A stretch of DNA of 64,000 nt. Source: Podarcis melisellensis. Taxonomy: Eukaryota. Below are positions 13,801 through 25,360 of this stretch, one piece after another (position 1 is the first letter of the stretch; the number at the start of each line of letters is the position of its first letter). Made by a program: the position numbers and the translations under genes. The notes under the pieces are model-generated. The model saw only the letters and a list, made by a program, of their open reading frames with translations. It did no database searches and was not told the origin of the DNA. The stretch lies in the NCBI GenBank assembly GCA_964234715.1, contig OZ174275.1. One strand, given 5' to 3'.

Positions 13801-16800
13801 GATCCCAGGTTCAGTCAGGCATTTCTATGTAGGGCTGGGATAGGCCTCCCATCCTGAAACCCTGGAGAGCTGCTGCTAGTCGATGTAGACAACACAGAAA
13901 TTGATGGACCAGCTCCACTGAGCCAGTGGACCAGATGGATCAGTATAAGGCAGCTCCCTGTGTTTTTGTGGGTGAGGTACAAATGTGGCAAACAAGTAAA
14001 TGATGCTAAGCAATGTTCCCTCGCCCTCTGCTCCCTCTCTTCCTCTCCATCACCAGTGCCCCTGGTCTCCAAGATATGCCCAAGTGACGTGTACCGGGTG
14101 TGGAAGCGTGGGGAGAACTTGCGGGTTGACACCACCTTGCTGGGCTTTGAGCACATGACCTGGCAGCGGGGCCGCCGCAGCTACATCTTTAAAGGCGAAG
14201 GTCAGAATATCTCTTTTCTGGGGAGATGGGTGTGTGCTTGGTGAGGTGGGGGGGCTATGATACTGACTGCTTTTCTCTCTGTTACCCCCGCCCCCTCTTT
14301 TCTCCTTCCCCTCATTGGCCAGATGAGAATGCTGTGGTGATGGAGGTTGACCACGACAAGCAGGTGGTGTACACTGAAACGTTGTCTCTAGCCTTGCATG
14401 AGCCGGAGCTGATGCTGGCTGCCATGCAGCCTTCCGAGGAGCACGTGGCCAGCCGGCTCACTTCGCCCATCGTCTCCACCCACCTGGATACCAAGAACAT
14501 TGCCTTTGAGCGGTGAGCTGGGGCAGGGGGAAGGGTAGCGTATGGGTCTGTGTGAACCGTGTGCTGCTGCCGCCGCTGGTTGTTAACCCAGATGACTATA
14601 TGCTGCCTCCAGGATCAGAGACAGCCGCATGCTGCTCAGAACACCGGAATTGTCAAGGGACAGTAGCGGGAGAGCGCTGTTGGCACCACGCTTGCTGGCT
14701 TCCCAGAGGCATCTGATTGGTCATTGTGGGAAATGGGATGCTAGACTAGAGGGACTATGGATGTGATCCAGCTGCAGGGCTCTTTTTATGGTACAGAATG
14801 AGGCCCATGAGACCAAAGCTGGGAAGGATGAAGTCTGCCCAGGCCCTCGAGCATCAACTAGTTTTGCGAGAAAAGAGGGGGACCAAGGCCCCAGCTTCTA
14901 CTGCCATAGGTGTCTGCAGCCCAGTTATCACATATGCCCCATCTCCCCTCAGAGGAGAGACCTCCACTCGCAGCTCCCTAGTCCAAGTCTTTCAAGGGCA
15001 GGGTCGGGAGAGGTGAAGGTAGAGGTGTGTGAGAGAGAGAAAGTGACATTTGATGAGATGGTTATCTTTTAGGCTGAAGAGTATGAGGTCATTCTAAGTC
15101 TGAAAAGGGTTGGAAGAGATGAAGCTCCATTGTAGCAGTGGTGTTTGAGAAAGTGGTTATCTTTAGGCTGCATTGGGGGGGGGCAGCTGAGGTCTGCAAT
15201 GGCAAACTCTATCACTCTTGACCTGAGGGCTTTCCTCTCCAGGAACAAGTCTGGCATCTGGGGCTGGCGCTCTGAGAAGATGGAAAACATCAGCGGCTAT
15301 GAAGCCAAGGTACAACTCTTCCCCCATTCCTGTTCCTTATGTGTGTAAATCTGAAAAATTCAGCAAAGTTTAGCTTAGCTTCACTGCTTTGAGGAATCAG
15401 GGCTTGTGTTGGATGGGACCAGGTGATATCAACGGTCTCTTTGTCCTTTTTCCAGGTTTACAGTGCCAGCAACGTGGAGCTTGTCACCAAAACCCGTACT
15501 GAGCACCTGTCAGATCAGGACAAGACACGCAACAAAGGTAAAAGCAGATGTTGAACTGCCTCCAGTTGTGACTTGGTGTGTTGACTCATCCAATGACCCT
15601 TCATGCTGCTAGGGATTATTTAACCCTACAATTCCCAGAACTCCGATTAATTGTGTGCTGCACTTGCTGTTTGGCAGCTCCTGCCTGCCCTTTGACCACA
15701 AGTGACTTGTCCTCAATAGTCATGATGTGCTCCTCCCATTTACAGGCTTCACCTGGTGGTTAAGAGAACAAAAATGGCAGCAGCGTATACTGAATATTGG
15801 CCTGGTCTATATGTTACGCTCAGCTGAACCATGGCTAAGCAAGAATGAAAAATTGCACAAGTGCACCGAGCGAATATTGCTGCCATTTCATTCCTCCCTG
15901 GTTCTGCTGCCTAAGAAGCAACAGGATAGATATGGATTTTGGCTGTTGTCCTGTGTAGACAGCTTTCCAAACCACTGGTGGGAGAGGCAGACTAAATGGG
16001 AATATGTACACAGCATAACTGTAGGAGTCTGGAGGGACCACTTGGGCCATGCAGACCTATGGAAGGCACCCACTTTCATGGAGAAGGAGTCTGAGAAGGA
16101 GGATGTCAGGCAGTAGATGGGCTAGCCTTAGCGGCTATGGCAGGTAGAGGAGCCTAGTGATTCCATGGTGCTGGTGGTTCCATGATGCATCTGGCAATTC
16201 TTGTGTAGATCTTCCCCCATAATGTAAAAATCATTCAGTTCATGGATATCGGTATCTGTGGTCGTAATAGAGAGGACCTTTTCTGTAGCCACCTACACCC
16301 TGCAACTCTGTCGAGAGAGACCCACCTTGACCTCTCCCAGAAGGCCTTTTGCCATAATGCAAAGATCTTCCTTTCTTGGCAGGCATTTGGTCTGTCGAGC
16401 TGCTGACCTTAACCTCCCAGGCAGCTCACTTTCTTTTTTAATCTGCTGCCTCTGCCTCTTTTATCTCTTATCAATGACTGTTTTGCTGCATTTTCCTTGG
16501 ATTTTGTCGTTCTAATGTTACTAGCCGCCTTGAACATTGCTGTGTAAAGGCGCTCTAAAACTATTTCAGATAAATAAAAATAAGATAACAAATAAATTGC
16601 ACTAAAGTGGTGGAGGTGGTGGTAGGTTCTTTGGAGAGGACTCATTCACTTAGACATCCTCCTTTTGTCTTCCAGGTTCTAAGACTCCTTTCCAGTCCTT
16701 CCTGGGAATCGCCCAGCAGCATGCTGCCCAGAATGGGGTGAGTGACCAGGTCAGATCCTGTCCATCTATGGGGAAAGGAGATGCTGGCCCAGCCACACAA

Positions 16801-19800
16801 ATTTAGCCTAAGGGTACATGAGGTGGGGAAGCAGATCACAAGGGGGATATGCCAGAGAAGGGATTGTGTGGCTCCAAAGTGTTAGTGTTCTAGTTCCTGC
16901 CCAGATCCAGACTCCGATCCTCACTTTTGCAGGCTCCTGTGCTGCAGTCAGCCAGTCCAACCAACCCAACGTCTATTACCCCTGAGGAATACTTTGACCC
17001 CAACTTCAACCTGGAGTCCCGCAATATTGGCCGCCCTATTGAGATGTCCAACAAGGTGCAGAGGTGAGAAGGATGGGGGATACTGCATGGATTGGTGGGG
17101 TGGGGTCAGAAATGGAAGAAGATGTCAGGACGTGACAGCTGGCACTTAACTCTTACAAAAGGTACTCATTTTTCCAGAGAAAGGTAAGAAACAAAAGGTG
17201 GAGGAAATAAAAACATGTCCTTGCAGATAATTCACCCGTGTAGGGGAGTTGCAGGTCCAGTCTCTCCGTGGGCAGAAGTAGGGGGCAGGGAGCTGGAGGA
17301 ATCTCCAGGAAGACTAACATGCTCCTTGTGTGACAGGTTCAAGGCCACTCTGTGGCTCTGCGAGGACCATCCCCTCTCCCTGGTGGAGCAGGTGACGCCC
17401 ATAATTGACCTGATGGCTATCAGCAACGCCCACTTTGCCAAGCTGCGTGACTTCATCACCCTCAAGTTACCTCCTGGCTTCCCTGTCAAAATCGGTGAGA
17501 GGTGTGAAGCCTGGCTGGTTGGGGGGGCATTATCTACTCAGGGTGGGTTGGGGGGCATGGAGACAAGCTGACAAGAGGCAGATCAAGAGGGGAAGAGAGA
17601 AAAAGGAAGGCAGAGAATGAAGCTGTGGGGTTACGCCTCTCCAGACATTCTTTCTGTTGTACATCCATAATGATTTGTGCTCATGAAGGTATTGGGGTAG
17701 TTCATACACAACCTTGCTTTCAATGTCATTTGTGCCTGCAAAGGTTTCAGAGCGGACATACTGCTTCATTTCAAATTGGTGAAATCCTGTAACATTTCAT
17801 ACCTCAAATGTTCTTGGGTGGGTGCAAGAGTGCCCCTCCAGAGGGCAATAATGCAATAACTTTGGGAAAACATCTCAGAACAACTAATAAAGCAGAATGA
17901 TGTCTGCTATAAATGCACCACCAATGCACTATTATTGCAGAATACACCTACAGAAAAGAAAAACCTAAATCCATTTGCACTTTAAATTTAAAGCAGTATC
18001 ATACCACTTTGAGCAGGCATGGGTTGTCCCCCCTCCCCCAGGAATCCTGGGAACTGTAGTTTGAGGGTTCTGTGAATTGTTAAAGAGTTCCCTCTTCTCT
18101 TCACAAAGCCAAAATTATCAGAGTGGTTTAACAATCAGCCCCTCTTCCCAGGGAACTCTGGGAATTGCAGGTCTATGAAGGGAATAAGTATCTCCTAATA
18201 ACTCTCAGAAACAAATTACAGCTCCCAGAATTCTTGGGGGGAGCCATGAATGTTTATATTTAAAGCTGTATCATACTATTTTATAGTGCAGTCCCCAATT
18301 TGGAGAAACCCTCAGCCTTTGTTGTGGGGAAAGGGATAATGTCCTAGAGAGGGGAGTGGTCATGAGGGAAATCAGTGAAGCTTGAAAATAGAGGTTTACC
18401 AACCTCCCAACCTTCCTTTGTACATTTTCTTTCTTTTCCCCAGAAATCCCCCTCTTCCACGTGCTGAATGCCCGGATCACTTTTAGTAACTTGTGCGGCT
18501 GTGATGAGCCGCTGAGCTCAGTGCGAATCTGTACTCCCACCCACACCCCAGAGAGCACCGAGGAGCCGACTGCTGGGGCAGAGGCAGCCAACAACACCAA
18601 AGGTAGGAGGAGCAGGATGGGGTGGGAGGCATGGTCAGGACTTCCAACAGCTAATCTAAACCTTGGAGGGGGGAGAAGAGTGGAAGAGGTGGAGGATGTT
18701 CCTGCAGGCTGGGAGAGGGAGGGAGGCAGCATTAGGGTGCAGTGGCCGTGAGCCCACATTGCAGAACTGGGAGACAACAGGGTTAAGGAGGAGATGTGAA
18801 AGTGTAAGATGTCTGAGTGACTGGAAAACGGGTGACTCCTCTGTGGAAGGGAAAGCATGCTTTCTAGAACTGACACATCCTTCTCCATGATCCCGCTACT
18901 GACCATCACATTTTAAAAATGGACATATTGGCTCAAGGTGTTTATCATCATTTTTTTTAAACATCAAGTCTTTCTGCTTCAAGAATGCTAGCACAGCCAT
19001 GTTCCTTTTGTTTCCCATTGATGTGCCTGAGAAAGTGGGAGCTATGCCTGCTTGTTGCCACCTTTAGGCTCATGCAGACAACCTGTGTATTCAACTTTTA
19101 CCTGGATTTGCTTGCGCAAAGCTTACACGGAGGTTAGATTGTATCTGGTTTTTATTGAGCATTCATTCTGATTGGTTTGTGGGCCAGCTATGCCCCAACA
19201 AGCATTCGTCCCACATTCATCCTGATTTGCTTGCAGGCTGTTGGTTTGGCTTCCTGTTAGTCATTTGCTCACCCTGCAATTTTCAGTGCACTTCCCTACC
19301 CCTTCCCAAATTGCAAAAAAGCTGGATTCTTTTTAAAACAGCAATTTTTTGTGCGAGGGCAACAGAGCCCTTCAGTCCACTTCAGTTGCGCAAACCTAAA
19401 TTTCCAGTGCGTGTTGAGTCTCTCCTGCAAAGTAGTGACCATCAGGAGGGACTTTTTGTTAAAGAGGCCCAGCCCATTTCTGCTTGCCTTAGGCCCTAGG
19501 GAGATGTCCTTTGTCCTTTTAAAGAGCCCTTTTCATGGGTGGAGAAAGTGAGGCAAAGATGAAGGGACTGGTCTTCGGTGACACAGGACATTGCAGAAGT
19601 TGCGTAGTCCGTTGGCCAGCGTGCTAACCATTGTTCTCCCTTCCTCCCCCAGTGTACCCTTTCCCCTGCGAGGTGGACCCATCAGTTTTTGAGGTGCCCC
19701 AGGGCTATACAATGTTGGGCGCAGGTCGTACAGAGCCCATGCGGGACGAGGATGATGACCTGCTCCAGTTCGCCATTCAGCAGAGCCTCCTGGATGCTGG

Positions 19801-22800
19801 CACAGAGACAGACCAGGTGATTGGGAAGGCGGAAACCTGCCTGCACTGGGGTGAAAACAGGTCCATTATAGCAGGCAGGCATGACTAACTGGTTCTTGGA
19901 GGGAGGGCACATGGTGCCCGGATGGTTGTGCGGGGACCAAGTAGAGGTTGGATTGAGTGGTGTAGCAAACTAACTCCCAGTTGTTGGCACTCAGAGTGGA
20001 GATAATTCTTGGCTGCCACTTATAAATGTAGCACTGAGTGCTTTGCAAACCTTGATCTCATTAAGGCTTTTACATCCCAGTAGGAACTGGTGATTATATA
20101 TTTCCTTTTTGCATGTGTGTGTGTGTTTGTGTGAGGGGGTGGAACCTGAGGCCATCAGATTATGGCTTGTCTCAGACCTCCCAGAGAGTCCATGGCTTAA
20201 CCAAAGCATTATGGCTTATTATTTTAGCATTATTCCAAGTCCAAGCCTCAAATTATTACCTGTTACAGCAGGAACACACACCCATTCTGCCTCTTTGCTA
20301 TCGGTTTTAGCATATTCATTCTTGTGTGTTACACCAGGTGACCATCTGGGAAGCTCTAACCAACACACGGCCAGGATCCAATCCTCCGTCCTATGATGAG
20401 GAGCTACAGTTGGAACGGTGAGTGTTTCCATAGCAAGAAGGAAGAGGTTGTATTACGAATTCAGTTCTGCAACCTGTACATTAAGGTGTATTATTTTCTA
20501 AAACCTACTTTGTGGTCACTTGGTCCACCCACCAGCAGCAATTCCATCTTAGCTGGATTGCCAGGCCTCATCCACACCCTCACTGCTTCCAGATACCGTT
20601 TCAAGGATTTCACTGCCTCAGTGGGGTTTAAGGAAAAGCAGACAGAACTGAGCAGGATCTCCATATCCTCACAGGACCTCTCCCATCGGCTGAATGCAGT
20701 GTTCTTCCCCAGCTGTTTTCCTTCATATTCCATTATAAAGCGGGGTGCAGGGCCTCTTCCTCGGTCACCTCACATTCCCCTTCCCTCATCTTTTCTTCCC
20801 AAGCAGAATGGGAATGCCCTCTTGGGGAACATGATGGCAATGAAGGAATTGGGGCGTGCCTGAATTAGCTTCCAGTGCGTCACCCATGAATGGAGTTTGC
20901 CTGGGATTGGCATAGGTGCTACGAGAAACTGAGCTTGGCATAGTTCAGATTGTAAGCACTTTGAAGATGGGTAAAAATCCTCCAGCTCAAGCAGATGCAA
21001 ATGTATTTGGAGAAATTTCCCCTCTTCAGCCTTCCTAGTTGTGGGTGTTGTGTGGACCTAGCTGGTTTTCCTACCACCTCCTTTCACCTTACTCTCTCAT
21101 ACATTTGGCCACTCTGCCTAGTATGAAGTGTGATTGTTGATCTGTCACGTGGATCTTCTTCTGCGTGAGGAAAATAAGGCTGTCTTGATGTACAGCTTTA
21201 TATCCTTCTGGGGGCATGGATGGGGGCTTTTTTGGGAGGCGCTTGTGATATTTCACATTCAGCTGTAAGATTCCTCTGTGGGTTTTTGCAACGGTGCCAG
21301 TTCTTATTTCTAATAATAATTTGAAAATCTCTTAAACAATTGCAGTCTGCCAGTGGGTGGAAAGCAAGCACCACCCGCTTTCCGGCACCAATTGGAGAAC
21401 GGTGCCAACAGAACTGAGAAGGCTGAGAGAGCCTGAAGGAAGTTTTTTGGTATGAGTAACCACCCATTGCTCTACAAGCACAGAGCTTCCTTAAAATTCA
21501 GCAGTTGAGAGAAGACTCAAGGCACATTTGCACCTATGCTCTCAAGCAGCAGGAATTTACTCCCAGCAGTAACTTCTGAGATAACAGAATTTTAGAATTG
21601 TGGGGTTGGAAGGGGCCACATGGGTCATCTAGTCCAACCCCCTGCAATGCAGGAATTTAGTTTGTTTCTTCTGTGTTGTCAACACTGCAGTTTAGTTTAC
21701 TCCTACTATTCAAGCAGTGCAGACAGCCCCTGTGTCTACTCAAACGCTATCTCAGGACCAAATAACATCAGCCATTCCATTAAGGGTTCATTGGCCTGTG
21801 CCTCTTCTCATGTGACGTATACTGTCATCTGCTGACAATGTCGTTGTTTACATGGGTCAGACTGCTCAGTTGTGACATGAAGGAATAAACAGACACAAAT
21901 CAGACATGAAAATAGTCACAGAAGCCAAGGCAAGAGGAGCATTTCAGTCTCCCAGAACTTATTGAAACAGACCTTGAGGTCCCCTCCTTAAAAGTACAAG
22001 CAGACCACAAAGTTTCAAATGGCAATTCTTGTGTGAGACCAGACCGGGGGGGGGGGTTCTTTAATTTTTCTTACATTTATATCCCACCTTTCTTCTAGTA
22101 TACAGATGGTTCCCAGGTGGTCTCCCAGGCACTGACCAGGCTCACACCTTCAGTAAAGAGATGGCCTTAGGTGCTTTCAGATCACTTCAGCCATTAGCTG
22201 AAATTCATCACCAAGTTTGTTGCAGTGAAACTTGGACTTGATGAAGACCAGGAGTGGCTACTTAACTAACATATTTGTCTTCCTTTTGGTCTTTATTTAC
22301 CTGATTCAGCTTGCTATGCCTAGTCACCCCAGCAGATCCTTGTTGAGAAAGAGTCACATCTGCTCTGAGTGGGTCCACCAGATACAATCAAATGAATGTA
22401 GTTTTTTTTTTTTTTTTATAAAAAAATTTTATTAAGATTTTTTACAGATACATATTTAACAAACAAAATAGGTTTCATAACATCTTTCATTCTATTGCGG
22501 ACTCCCTCACGTCTCCCGCTTCCACTCTCATCATTAAAAACGAATTTTTCCAAGCAAATTATCATCTTGTTTATACTCTTAAGTGCAATATTTAGGTTAA
22601 ACTCAAATAAAAAAATTATAATTTAATGGTAGACAGTTATTTCTGCTCTGGCTTCCTTGTTAGGATTCAACCAAATTACAGTACTTTTGTAAATAAATCT
22701 TAAATTTCTTCCAGTCTTCTTCAACCCTCTCCTCTCCCAGGTCGCGGATTCTGCCAGTCATCTCAGCCAGTTGCATATAGTCCATCAGCTGCATCTGCCA

Positions 22801-24557
22801 TTCTTCCAGTGTTGGTAGATCTTGGGTTTTCCAGCTCTTAGCAATAAGTATCCTTGCCGCCGTTGTAGCGTACATAAAAAATGTTCTATCCTTCTTTAAC
22901 ACGTTCTGGCCGACCATGCCCAGAAGGAAGGCCTCTGGTTTCTTGGTGAAGGTATACTTAAATACCTTTTTTAACTCATTATATATCATTTCCCAAAAGG
23001 CCTTCACTTTAGGGCAGGTCCACCAGAGGTGAAAGAATGTTCCTTCATGAATGTAGTTTATTTGTGCTCTGCTAGTATTGTGGCAAACCTGCTGCTGTCT
23101 TTTGTATTGCTTGTGGTGGGGAGGTTGGCCTCACCTTGTGGAAAGAAAGGTTCACTCTCTACTTTGTGGGTAGGTTCCCACTTTGGCAGCCACTCCGTCT
23201 AACAAAATGGGCTTTAGCCCTCAAAAAGTTCATGACGCAAAATGGCCACAGTCTTTACAGTACCACAAGATGCTTTATTCTCGTCACTGAAACAGACTGC
23301 TTGTGCAAAATTGCCCTGGCAGTAATCTCAGCAGTAAACAACAGCTGTTTTGAGAGAATTGGTGTGAACATTCCCTGCACTGATCCAGAACTGGTGCAAG
23401 CCCTTTGCTGAGGTGTAGAGTATAGCAGTGTAGGTAAGAGCACACATAGACTGCATCACGGGAGATCCTTCAGGCTTCTTGTAGGGCATAGAAATGCACA
23501 AGGAGTGAAAACCAGGGAACAAATGGGGGGCGGGGGGAAGCCCCTGGGTCGTGGTGTGGCCTGTGCAGGCAGAGAGACGTTTTCTTCACTACAAGCAGTA
23601 GCCTCTTCCCCTTTCTCCTACATTTCCTGAGTTGCTGCCCAGCAGGGAACCCTCCCACAGTTGTGATGCAACGCAACAATCTGGGGACAACAGGAAGAAA
23701 AAACACAAGCCTTTCAAAGGCTAGATGACTGCTGTTTATCCAATCCAGATAAGATGGAAAAATTGTTGATGGGTAATGCCTATGTCCAGAGAATGCTATT
23801 CAGTCTGTTCTGCATAGGATTCTACTCTGAAGAATACGGTTTAGGGGGCTTCTACACCCCACTTTCTCACTAGAGGCCCAGGTGGGACAGAGCACCAGCT
23901 TGTGGCTCTGCCCTGGGCAAGGGGGTAGCCTATACTTTGGGTTTCCATTCCCTGGTAACTTCAAGGCTTGGCTACTGAAATAAATTCTACACGGGAGTAC
24001 CTTTGAAAACTGCCCAGTAACTGTAATTAATGCAAAATGCAACTACTAGACTGTGAAATGGGACCAGGTATTTCAAACGTATCACCAACATTTAAACAAC
24101 TGTACTGGCCCCTGGTTCATTTCTGAGAGCAATTTGAAGTGTGGGGCTGAGGGTGTTGGGACATATCTGAGACAGCTTGAGCAAGCTTGCCTGAACCAGG
24201 CCTGAGAAGCATGACCAAGTAGCCATATCTTGCTGCCCTGTTTGCTGATGCCTCCTTCTCGTTCTGTGTCCTCTCAGGGCTATCCAGGAGAGCATGTTCC
24301 TTCAAGCGGGGCCAGGCCTGAGCCCAGTGGAGTCTGGAGGTGGCAACGGAGGCCCTCCTCCTCCCGAGAGCAGCCCACCTCTCAGCACCAATGGGGGTGG
24401 CTCCTCGGCCTTGCCCCCGCCCTACCCCAGCTTTGACGAGCAGCTGCGCTTGGCCATGGAGCTGTCTTCGAGGGAGCAGGAGGAGAGGGAGCGCCAACGC
24501 CGCGAGGAGGAAGAGGAGCTGCAGCGCATCCTCCAGCTCTCTCTGACGGAGAAGTAG
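7733..24557 (+). CDS. ANKRD13D: Ankyrin repeat domain-containing protein 13D (ankyrin repeats, GPCR_chapero_1 domain, four UIMs); whole spliced CDS span, 15 exons, 1914 nt = 637 aa
   Basis: join(7733-7822,11641-11776,12536-12660,13314-13359,14057-14200,14323-14512,15243-15309,15456-15537,16676-16737,16933-17063,17337-17494,18444-18602,19653-19816,20338-20417,24278-24557). All introns GT-AG, phases consistent. Hallmarks [28 protein letters not shown] and C-terminal UIMs ending [12 protein letters not shown]. Position between GRK2 and SSH3 identifies paralog D. Confidence 0.95.
11641..11776 (+). CDS. ANKRD13D: ANKRD13D exon 2 (ankyrin repeat)
   Basis: ttgcag|[21 protein letters not shown]...NANGWT|gtatga. 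Confidence 0.93.
12536..12660 (+). CDS. ANKRD13D: ANKRD13D exon 3
   Basis: tctag|[22 protein letters not shown]...LLNKLRR|gtatgt. Confidence 0.93.
13314..13359 (+). CDS. ANKRD13D: ANKRD13D exon 4
   Basis: ccacag|[15 protein letters not shown]|gtaagt; too short for the ORF track. Confidence 0.93.
13759..13962 (+). mobile_element. tRNA-derived squamate SINE (related copies near 27030-27220, 30100-30240, 36236-36415)
   Basis: A-box head gggctgtagctcagtgg, B-box-like ccaggttca, shared body cctgaaaccctggagagctgctgc and tail tataaggcagct across copies. Confidence 0.7.
14057..14200 (+). CDS. ANKRD13D: ANKRD13D exon 5
   Basis: [31 protein letters not shown]...YIFKGE. Confidence 0.93.
14323..14512 (+). 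CDS. ANKRD13D: ANKRD13D exon 6
   Basis: [14 protein letters not shown]...[10 protein letters not shown]|gtgagc. Confidence 0.92.
15243..15309 (+). CDS. ANKRD13D: ANKRD13D exon 7
   Basis: [22 protein letters not shown]|gtacaa. Confidence 0.92.
15456..15537 (+). CDS. ANKRD13D: ANKRD13D exon 8
   Basis: ttccag|[27 protein letters not shown]|gtaaaa. Confidence 0.92.
16676..16737 (+). CDS. ANKRD13D: ANKRD13D exon 9
   Basis: ttccag|[21 protein letters not shown]|gtgagt. Confidence 0.9.
16933..17063 (+). CDS. ANKRD13D: ANKRD13D exon 10
   Basis: [44 protein letters not shown]. Confidence 0.92.
17337..17494 (+). CDS. ANKRD13D: ANKRD13D exon 11
   Basis: [27 protein letters not shown]...LPPGFPVKI. 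Confidence 0.93.
18444..18602 (+). CDS. ANKRD13D: ANKRD13D exon 12
   Basis: [27 protein letters not shown]... Confidence 0.92.
19653..19816 (+). CDS. ANKRD13D: ANKRD13D exon 13 (UIM1)
   Basis: [16 protein letters not shown]...[24 protein letters not shown]. Confidence 0.92.
20338..20417 (+). CDS. ANKRD13D: ANKRD13D exon 14
   Basis: caccag|[26 protein letters not shown]|gtgagt. Confidence 0.9.
20500..20760 (-). mobile_element. L2-clade LINE RT fragment
   Basis: Minus-strand peptide ...EDMEILLS...[20 protein letters not shown] resembles the L2 RT YADD-to-LNPDKTE segment. Confidence 0.6.
22405..23046 (-). mobile_element. 5'-truncated young L1 LINE (ORF2 C-terminus, 3'UTR, polyA) with 13-bp target-site duplication
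   Basis: Open frame [17 protein letters not shown]...[19 protein letters not shown]; AATAAA and polyA on the minus strand; TSD ATGAATGTAGTTT at 22392-22404 and 23047-23059. Confidence 0.85.
24278..24557 (+). CDS. ANKRD13D: ANKRD13D exon 15 (end of UIM2, UIM3-4, stop)
   Basis: RAIQESMF...[19 protein letters not shown]...[16 protein letters not shown]. Confidence 0.93.
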
Positions 24558-25354
24558 CGTCCTAGCCTCCCTCAAGCCTCACACCGCCCAGCCTGGCTGT
24601 CCTTGCCGTCATTGTATTTTTAACCTCTGGGGGTGGGGTGGGGTGGGTTTCATGCTTTGCCCCTTCCCAGTTGAGAGTCAGGCTGGATGTGAGAAGACAG
24701 CACCTTCTGCATTTCCTGGGACTCACTCGGTTCCATCCTCTGGTATTATTTCCTGTAAGATTTTTTTAAAAAAATTGCTTTATATCCTCAACCTTCACTG
24801 AGGAAATGTTTTCTACAGCACAGAGAGGCAGGTTGGAGAAGAGGAGCAGCAACAAATAAGAAGGAGACGGGATGTGGGGCGGGGGAGGGGAGAGACGTTG
24901 AGGAAATTTTCATCACCTTGGCATGAGATTTTTCTGAGACTGATGGTGAATGTGCTGCTTTCTCTTTCCTTGCAAGGGTTTGGGCCTGTTGAGGATGGGA
25001 CCAAGTTGGGGAAGTGGCAATAGAAAGCGGTGGGGAAGCCTGGAGCTTGATGCGCTGATGTTTTGTGGCGAGACCTGAAACCAGGCTGCCGTGTGGTGAA
25101 TAATTTTCAGTCCCGCGTTTTATTTTCCTCCTCATTGTGAGCTGCTGCTCTCCCTGCCCCCCTTATTTTTAATTTATTTTATTTATATCTCTGAAGATAT
25201 ATACAAGAAGGGGAGTGGGAGGTATGTGGTTATTTTTTTTTTTAAGAAACTGAACCCAGTGGGTCTAAAGGGAACAGCTGTGCCCACTCCTGAGCGGCTT
25301 TCTCCTGTCGTCTGGGAACCAGGCACAGGGGGCTCTGGGCAGCAGGAACTACTA

Positions 25355-25360
25355 AATAAA
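25355..25360 (+). terminator. Probable ANKRD13D polyadenylation signal
   Basis: AATAAA about 800 nt after the stop, followed by GU/U-rich sequence. Confidence 0.55.

Noticed and set aside
13759-13830. tRNA-like sequence (and similar at 27622 and 36236)
   Set aside because: These are SINE heads with degenerate B-box/acceptor stem that continue into a shared SINE body; not tRNA genes.
18271-18909. 212-aa minus-strand ORF (also 44816-45424)
   Set aside because: Antisense shadow of real exons plus purine-rich intron; no recognisable protein features.
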